A stretch of 32,000 nt of DNA. Source: Ferroglobus placidus DSM 10642 (GTDB lineage: Archaea; Halobacteriota; Archaeoglobi; Archaeoglobales; Archaeoglobaceae). The position numbers and the translations under genes were made by a program. The notes under the pieces were generated by a model, which was given only the letters and a program-made list of their open reading frames with translations, made no database searches and was not told the origin of the DNA. Shown here in pieces: positions 26,246-32,000 of this stretch (position 1 is the stretch's first letter; the number at the start of each line of letters is the position of its first letter). The stretch spans positions 2,164,267 through 2,196,266 of the forward strand of contig NC_013849.1 in the NCBI RefSeq assembly GCF_000025505.1, in the 5' to 3' direction.

Positions 26246-27480
26246 CTATAATGATGATGAGATTGCTGGTATTTAAACTTTGTGCTGAAAGATGCAAAAT
26301 CTGAATCCTTAAGAGTAAAGAGAGGTTTGCCAAACCTTCCGATGTCGAATCCAGAAACCATGATTCTGTAAAATATACCGGCATTTGATATGTCTCCTAC
26401 GATTATGTAGCCTACAAGCCTTCCATTTTTTACGTAAAACCTCCAGTAATTCCCTCTGTCCTCTACTTCTTGGTAATTATTCCCGCTCACGTCTCCGGCG
26501 ACGATAAAGTGGAAACCGAGCTTTTTTAGGCTATTGATAACGTCAGAACCTTCGTAAGGAATCTTATAACCGAGAGCGTTTAAAGCCGCTATCTTCCCTT
26601 GCCTTACAGCGTTCCAGTAGTTGGCGAAAACTCCTCTCTCACCGGTAACTCTGTTTTTTGTCTCACAAACGTCTCCACAAGCGTAGATATCCTTTTGGGA
26701 GGTCTCCATAAATTCGTTAACTACTATACCTTTTGCAGTATCAAGTTCTTCCTTACAGAAATCGACGTTCGGAATCATGCCGGTAGCTGCGACGAACACA
26801 TCTCCGGGAAATTCTTCTCCGTTCTCAGTAACAACCGCTTTACAAACTCCTGAGCTGTCAGCCGCGAACTCCGTACCAAAACTGTTGAACACGAGCTCAA
26901 CTCCCTTGTCTTCAAGTACTTTCTCGACGAATTTCGACGCTTTTTTATCCAACCTCTCGGGCATTATTCTGTCGGTCGCCTCCAAAAGCGTGACGTCAAT
27001 TCCGATCTCTCTGAGCGTTAAAGCTATCTCTGTTCCCTGAAAACCTCCGCCAACGACAACCGCTTTTTTACACTCACCTCTAACAATTTTAGACCGAAGC
27101 TCTCGAACTTGAGTTAGCGACTTGAAATTGTAAACATTCGGAAGATCCAAACCCTTAAGAGGAGCGTAAAGTCTGCTTCCCGAAGCAACTATAATTTTTT
27201 CGAACTCGTAGTCTCCTATTTCGGTTGTTATCTTTTTCCTCTTGGCATCTAATTTTTCAACTTTCTCTCCAATTCTCGCATCAACGTTTAGCCTTTCAAA
27301 AACGTCTTTTCCTTTCCAGAAAATCTCGTCACCGCCGGTTTTAAGATAGGTTGTCAAGACTGCCGGGTTGTAGGGAGGACATTTCTCAGCGGAAAAAATT
27401 GTTATTGGTAGATTTGTTTTCCTTCTGAGAGTCTCCGCAGCTGATATTCCCGCTGGTCCAGCGCCTACTATAGCGATCAT
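26242..27480 (-). CDS. NAD(P)H/FAD-dependent pyridine nucleotide-disulfide oxidoreductase, CODH-associated
   Basis: IVGAGPAGISAAETLRRKTNLPITIFSAEKCPPYNPAVL, AVVVGGGFQGTEIALTLREIGIDVTLLE and DIYACGDVCE. It is co-directional with cooS and overlaps it by 4 nt. Confidence 0.88.
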   Translation of the reverse strand: MIAIVGAGPAGISAAETLRRKTNLPITIFSAEKCPPYNPAVLTTYLKTGGDEIFWKGKDVFERLNVDARIGEKVEKLDAKRKKITTEIGDYEFEKIIVASGSRLYAPLKGLDLPNVYNFKSLTQVRELRSKIVRGECKKAVVVGGGFQGTEIALTLREIGIDVTLLEATDRIMPERLDKKASKFVEKVLEDKGVELVFNSFGTEFAADSSGVCKAVVTENGEEFPGDVFVAATGMIPNVDFCKEELDTAKGIVVNEFMETSQKDIYACGDVCETKNRVTGERGVFANYWNAVRQGKIAALNALGYKIPYEGSDVINSLKKLGFHFIVAGDVSGNNYQEVEDRGNYWRFYVKNGRLVGYIIVGDISNAGIFYRIMVSGFDIGRFGKPLFTLKDSDFASFSTKFKYQQSHHHYR

Positions 27481-29339
27481 ATCCCCAGCTTTCTCCTTTT
27501 ATCCTCGATGTGTTTAATTATAATTTCAGCAGCTTTTTCAGGGTCTGGCTCAACAACGAATTTCCCTCCCGTAAGCTCTTCTACTTTGCTTGTAAGAACG
27601 TCGAGAACAAGCTTGCTTCCGTAAATCGGTGGAGGGACGCCTAAAACGACTAATAAACCAGAAGCAACGAAGTAAGCTCCTATCGCAATTGCTTTCTCCG
27701 AGTACCATTCCATAGCAGCGCCTGCAGCTGGTAGATCGCTAATATCCACCCCCAATTCGTTTGCAAGTGCTGAAAGAGCTACGAGTATTCTTGAATTGTC
27801 CACGCACGATCCGAAGTGCAACACGGGAGGTATGCCGAGAGACTCGCAAACTTTTCTCAATTCTTCTCCTGCCAATTCGGCAGCTTCCGGAACCTTCAAT
27901 CCAGCTTTAGCATCGGCAACCGCTGCGCATCCAGTGTCAACAACGAGTACGTCATTCTCTATCAGTCTTTTTGCGAGAGTTATGTGAGAATAATCCTGCT
28001 TAACCTTCGGATTGTTACATCCAACCGAGCCTACTACTCCTCTAATACTTCCATTTTTTATTGCATCAATCAAAGGCTGCAGCGTTCCTCCTAAAACTTT
28101 TAGAATCGCTTCAACTGAGAAACCTGTCATCAACTTGTTCGGCTTAACATTGGGAATCTTTACGAGTTCCGCTTTTCTTTCTCTGAACCTTTCTATAGCA
28201 AGCTTAACTACTTCTTTTGCTTTTTCATGGGCGTTTTCCGGAGTAAACTCTATGTGAATCGCTCCCTTAAACTTCGCTTTGGGAGAAGTGGTAACTACTT
28301 CTGTGTGGTAGCACTTAGCCACGTCGACGATAGCTGGCATGATGCACTGGTAATCCACCACAATTACATCAACAACTCCGGTTCCGATAACAAGCTCCTG
28401 AATTAGATGGTTGCCAGCCATTGGAATTCCCTTGCGCATTAGAACTTCATTACCGGTACAACAAAGTCCCGCCAAGTTTATTCCTTCAGCTCCATATTCC
28501 TTCGCAAGTTTTAACAACTCCTCGTCAGAAGCCGCTTCTACGATTGCGTCAGAAACGATTGGATTGTGACCGTGCAAAACTATGTTGACCTCGTTCTCCT
28601 TCAAAGTTGCTAAATTAATCTCGGACATCTTGGGCTCCGGCGTGCCAAACAAAATGTCCGAAACTTCCGTAGCAATCATCGATCCTCCGAAACCGTCCGC
28701 CAATGCAGTTCTGAGGCACTGAAGCAGAATGTTGACGGGGTCGTTGTCGACTCCCATATGAGTTCTGTGCATAATTTCAACGACTTCTCTGTCAATCCCC
28801 CTCGGGATTATACCAAGCTTTTCCCATAGCTCAATTCGCTTTTTCGGAGCTCTATTAACAAACTGTATCTTCTCCTTCTTCGATCCAAAATCTTCAAGCA
28901 TAGCCTCCGCAAGTTCGAAAGCTATCTCTTCAACACTTTTATTTGTATTTATTCCGTATTCTTGGGCAACTTTTTTGAGTTTTTCAGCATCTTTCACGGA
29001 ATACGCTTTAACTTTTCCAACCCTCGCGAGAACCTCCACCAAATCCCTGCCGTGGTCGCTGTGGGATGCTGCTCCGCTGGCTACCGCTCTTGCAAGATTT
29101 CTTGCCACTATCACATCTGCATCAGCACCGCAGACACCTTTTTGAGGTCCTTCGCCGAAGGGATCTATTCTGCAAGGACCCATGGCACAGTTTCTGCAAC
29201 TTAAACCCAAGGAGCAGTAACCGCACTGTGGCTCCTGCTCTTTCAATCTGTCCCAAACAAGTAAAATCCCCTCTTCTTTCAGTTTTTTAATCATTGCATT
29301 AGCATCGACGTGGACGGAGTGTTCCTCCACTTTTATCAC
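27477..29339 (-). CDS. cooS: Anaerobic Ni-CO dehydrogenase catalytic subunit
   Basis: CGYCSLGLSCRNCAMGPCRI, LHGHNPIV, GLCCTGNEVLMRKG, VDYQCIMPAI, GSVGCNNPKVKQD, HFGSCVDNSRI and MEWYSEKAIAIGAYFVASG. Confidence 0.95.
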   Translation of the reverse strand: MIKVEEHSVHVDANAMIKKLKEEGILLVWDRLKEQEPQCGYCSLGLSCRNCAMGPCRIDPFGEGPQKGVCGADADVIVARNLARAVASGAASHSDHGRDLVEVLARVGKVKAYSVKDAEKLKKVAQEYGINTNKSVEEIAFELAEAMLEDFGSKKEKIQFVNRAPKKRIELWEKLGIIPRGIDREVVEIMHRTHMGVDNDPVNILLQCLRTALADGFGGSMIATEVSDILFGTPEPKMSEINLATLKENEVNIVLHGHNPIVSDAIVEAASDEELLKLAKEYGAEGINLAGLCCTGNEVLMRKGIPMAGNHLIQELVIGTGVVDVIVVDYQCIMPAIVDVAKCYHTEVVTTSPKAKFKGAIHIEFTPENAHEKAKEVVKLAIERFRERKAELVKIPNVKPNKLMTGFSVEAILKVLGGTLQPLIDAIKNGSIRGVVGSVGCNNPKVKQDYSHITLAKRLIENDVLVVDTGCAAVADAKAGLKVPEAAELAGEELRKVCESLGIPPVLHFGSCVDNSRILVALSALANELGVDISDLPAAGAAMEWYSEKAIAIGAYFVASGLLVVLGVPPPIYGSKLVLDVLTSKVEELTGGKFVVEPDPEKAAEIIIKHIEDKRRKLGI

Positions 29340-29929
29340 CTCCTTAATTTTTTACCCAATTCCACCCACAATCGGTAATTTTCCGGTACTATCTCCTTTT
29401 TCTGGAAAATAGGGTAATACGCAGACGCTATACGCTTCTCCTCTTCCTTTATTAGCTCGTTTACGTCTCCGAACTTCAAGGCTCCCGTCTTACAAACTTC
29501 AACGCATGCCGGAATCATTCCATTGCGAACTCGCTCAATACATCCATCACATTTATAGCTGACAGGAACATCTTCTGCTCTTCTCCAATCTCTGTAAAAT
29601 CTTATAACTCCAAACGGACACACCATAGCACACATTCCGCAATTTATGCATCTGTCGACTTCAACAAAAACTATATTCTCCTCTCTATTTATTGCAGAGG
29701 TTGGGCAAGCTTCTAAACAAGGTGCCGGATCGCAATGCCTGCACTTGCTTGGAAACGCGTAGCTTTCGGCTGGAAATACGTGAATTCTGGGTTTAGGCTT
29801 TGGCTCCTCAAAAATCCCTGCAAAGTCTTTGTTTCGAGAATGAGAGATTGCACACTCGAACATGCACTGCATACAACCAACGCAGCGCTCAGGAAAAACA
29901 ACCACGGATTTCATATTTTGCTCCATCAA
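29336..29929 (-). CDS. cooF: CODH-associated iron-sulfur electron carrier
   Basis: Four Cys clusters: ERCVGCMQCMFECAISH, KCRHCDPAPCLEACP, RCINCGMCAMVCPFGV and CDGCIERVRNGMIPACVEVC. Confidence 0.93.
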   Translation of the reverse strand: MMEQNMKSVVVFPERCVGCMQCMFECAISHSRNKDFAGIFEEPKPKPRIHVFPAESYAFPSKCRHCDPAPCLEACPTSAINREENIVFVEVDRCINCGMCAMVCPFGVIRFYRDWRRAEDVPVSYKCDGCIERVRNGMIPACVEVCKTGALKFGDVNELIKEEEKRIASAYYPIFQKKEIVPENYRLWVELGKKLRR

Positions 29930-30021
29930 AAAATTTAGTGTTGAAAATCATATTTAATCATTTCTTTAAACTTCGGTAGTGTAATCATTGAATTTAAATT
30001 CTTAAAAAAGACAGGTTAGGT

Positions 30022-30663
30022 ATGAACAACGAACTCGTGGAAGGATTGAAAGATCTGAAGACTGGTGCTCTGCTAAATTTGTTAGCGATGCTACTGATTT
30101 TCTTCGGAATGGGAATTATGTTCGCGACTTTCGGATTTACTCCAATGAGAGAGATTAAGCCGGAAGAGTTTCTCGGAATGATGGCTGTTTTCGGCATTTT
30201 CGCCCTTCTTTTCCTTTTGGCGATAATTTTGAGTTTAGCGAGCTTCATCATGTACTTCAAAGCCACGGGACACCTGAAAAATTACGATGAGAGGTACGGA
30301 GTTGGAAGAAAGGGGATGATTCTTGAAATAATAGGCAGTATTTTGATACTCGCATCTTTTATCCCGCTTACGGCAACTGGAACCACTAAAGAATTTCACT
30401 ACGCAACCTTCGAGATACTTGCGGCATTCTCGCTTGTATTCGCAGGAGCCATCGCTTTAATAGTGGGAGCAATTCTTTTCGGGATTATGCTGATGAGGCT
30501 TGAGGAAGTTGAAAGCGATTTCAAAGTTGCTGGAATACTCTATTTCCTCGGAATGATACTGAGCTTTTTCACAGGAATTATTGGGGTGCTGATCGGAATA
30601 GCAACTACAGCTCTAATTTACATCAGCGCAAAAAGCGCTTTAAAGAGGATATCCGCTGCTTGA
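30022..30663 (+). CDS. Multi-TM DUF996-like membrane protein
   Basis: Five hydrophobic segments. LVEGLKDLKTGALLNLLAMLL...ILEIIGSILILASFIPL is DUF996-like. Confidence 0.7.
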   Translation: MNNELVEGLKDLKTGALLNLLAMLLIFFGMGIMFATFGFTPMREIKPEEFLGMMAVFGIFALLFLLAIILSLASFIMYFKATGHLKNYDERYGVGRKGMILEIIGSILILASFIPLTATGTTKEFHYATFEILAAFSLVFAGAIALIVGAILFGIMLMRLEEVESDFKVAGILYFLGMILSFFTGIIGVLIGIATTALIYISAKSALKRISAA

Positions 30664-30701
30664 AGAGAAAATGTTTTATCCAATCCCGTATTACTTATAT
30701 T

Positions 30702-30914
30702 CGACCCCAGCGGGGAGGGGTGTGGAGAGAGCTAAGCTTTCGATGAAGCTCCCTGCAAGGCTGGGGTTACACCATGCCGATAGGTCCCCTGGTGAGAGAG
30801 CCCTGGCTTTCGATGACCCTGGGGCAACCCGGGCATGGGACAAAGCCCCGAGAGGTCAGCCGTTTGAGAGAGCGCAGCTTTCGATGATATACGGCGTTAC
30901 ACTCGGGGCACAGG
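30702..30914 (+). ncRNA. Three-hairpin H/ACA guide sRNA, Afu46-like architecture
   Basis: Three stems each close next to an ACA: ACCCCAGC(30704)/GCTGGGGT(30767)+ACA 30769-30771; CCATGCC(30772)/GGCATGG(30838)+ACA 30840-30842; GCCCCGAG(30845)/CTCGGGGC(30909)+ACA 30910-30912. Each apex carries the repeated K-turn-like GAGAGAG...CTTTCGATGA. Confidence 0.9.
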
Positions 30915-30916
30915 AA

Positions 30917-31534
30917 TTAGAAAACCTTTTTGAGTAAATCTTCGAACTCCTCTCTTCTGATAACTCTTCCGTGCCCCGGATAGAGTTTCTCAAACTCAAA
31001 TTTCAAAACCTTCCTCAGGCTCCTTCTGTATTCTTCGTCGTTCCAGTTGAAGTTTTTCGAGGACAACGTTGGATTGTCACTAAAGACTTTACATCTAACG
31101 AGATCTCCGCAAATAAGCGAGTCACCGACGAGAATGGAAATGCTTCCTTCAGTGTGTCCGGGAGTGTGGATTATTTCGAGATCTTTTAACTCCTCTACGC
31201 TTTCAACCTCCTCAAGATACTTTGGCTTCTTTATGCTTTCGTAAAACCTCGCAAAAGACCCTATCAAGCCCTTGTATTCGTGTTTCTTAATTCCTTTAAG
31301 ATATTCGAACTCTTTCGGATGTGCGTATACCTTGCTCTTCAAAATTTTCGAAAGAGCGCGAGCTGAGCCCATGTGATCGAAGTGGGAGTGCGTGAGAATA
31401 ATTCCTTCGCATTCCTTAACAGCTTCGGCAATTCTCCTTTCATTCCCCGGTAATCCGGTATCTACGACGTATTTCTTTCCATCAACTACTACGAGGTAAA
31501 CGTTACAGCCTTTCGCCTTTATCAGTTCCACCAT
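30917..31534 (-). CDS. Metallo-beta-lactamase-fold hydrolase
   Basis: THSDHMG-type motif (LTHSHFDHMGSA), HTPGHTEGSISILVGD and LYPGHGRV. The likely start is MVELIKAKGC, and the tracked ORF extends to 31810. Confidence 0.92.
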   Translation of the reverse strand: MVELIKAKGCNVYLVVVDGKKYVVDTGLPGNERRIAEAVKECEGIILTHSHFDHMGSARALSKILKSKVYAHPKEFEYLKGIKKHEYKGLIGSFARFYESIKKPKYLEEVESVEELKDLEIIHTPGHTEGSISILVGDSLICGDLVRCKVFSDNPTLSSKNFNWNDEEYRRSLRKVLKFEFEKLYPGHGRVIRREEFEDLLKKVF

Positions 31535-31585
31535 GTTACGAGATCTTTTGAATGTATTTATTAACATTGAGGGGAAATTAGGAAT

Positions 31586-31987
31586 ATGTACCGCTTTGTG
31601 GAGCATACTGCAGACATAGCTTTTGAAGTTGAAGCTGAAAGCCTCGAAGAGCTTTTTATAGATGCTGCAAACGCCTTTTACGAAGCTTTTTGTAACAGAG
31701 ACCTTGTCAAAGAGGAGGAAGAGAGAAGATTGGAGCTCGAGGAAGAAGACGTAGAGCATCTCCTTTACTCGTGGCTGAACGAGATTCTCTTTCTGTTCGA
31801 TGCCGAGCACTTCGCAGCGAAAAGAGTTGAAGTCAGCGTAGAGAACAACTCTCTAAAAGCGAGACTTATCGGGGGAAAAATAACTCCTGAAGCCGTCAAA
31901 CTCGAACCTAAAGCCATAACGATGCACAAATTCAGAGTTGAAAGGAAGGACGGAAAATTTTACGCTTTCGTAATTATAGATATTTAA
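31586..31987 (+). CDS. Archease (RtcB cofactor)
   Basis: YRFVEHTADIAFEVEAESLEELFIDAANAFYEAF...LLYSWLNEILFLFDAE...KAITMHKFRVE. Confidence 0.95.
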   Translation: MYRFVEHTADIAFEVEAESLEELFIDAANAFYEAFCNRDLVKEEEERRLELEEEDVEHLLYSWLNEILFLFDAEHFAAKRVEVSVENNSLKARLIGGKITPEAVKLEPKAITMHKFRVERKDGKFYAFVIIDI

Positions 31988-32000
31988 TTTATTATTTTAA

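Noticed and set aside
30671-30937. 88-aa ORF MFYPIPYYLYSTPAGRG...
   Set aside because: It overlaps the three ACA-terminated hairpins completely. Composition is dictated by RNA structure, with no family resemblance.
1-32000. CRISPR array or CRISPR/other multi-gene defence locus
   Set aside because: No regularly spaced direct repeats and no cas-like proteins were seen. Only a TA-like pair and a broken HsdM are defence-related.

Overview
The window looks like an archaeal chromosome segment, most likely Archaeoglobales-like. This rests on gene content, TTG/GTG starts, overlapping operons, and SRP19, archease and archaeal sRNAs; species was not determined. Supported content: a transposase tail and a truncated nucleotidyltransferase remnant at the left edge; tRNA-Thr(CGU); a CobD/HisC-like aminotransferase; MTA phosphorylase plus a PRTase; a probably frameshifted CrcB next to DUF190; a DUF302 protein; a CBS-ParB fusion; HisE, SRP19 and a Trm-G10-type methylase; a TumA/TumE-like pair; a multiply broken HsdM; a stomatin; an NSUN-type m5C methylase; an M24 peptidase; a methanogenesis-marker-11 protein with a radical-SAM partner; thioredoxin reductase; a ferredoxin; an acyl-CoA dehydrogenase/DUF35 x2/thiolase-like x2 operon; a four-gene PDH1-like dye-linked dehydrogenase operon; a CooF-CooS-flavoprotein CODH operon; a DUF996-like protein; an MBL hydrolase; and archease. 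Reading the sequence outside the ORFs gave two canonical box C/D sRNAs (about 17379-17440 and 17727-17782) and a three-hairpin H/ACA guide RNA (about 30702-30914), which the ORF track mislabels as coding. The most unusual protein-level signal is the thiolase/DUF35 operon. Both thiolase-like proteins appear to lack the nucleophilic Cys and the GHP His, which suggests non-classical chemistry such as retro-aldol.
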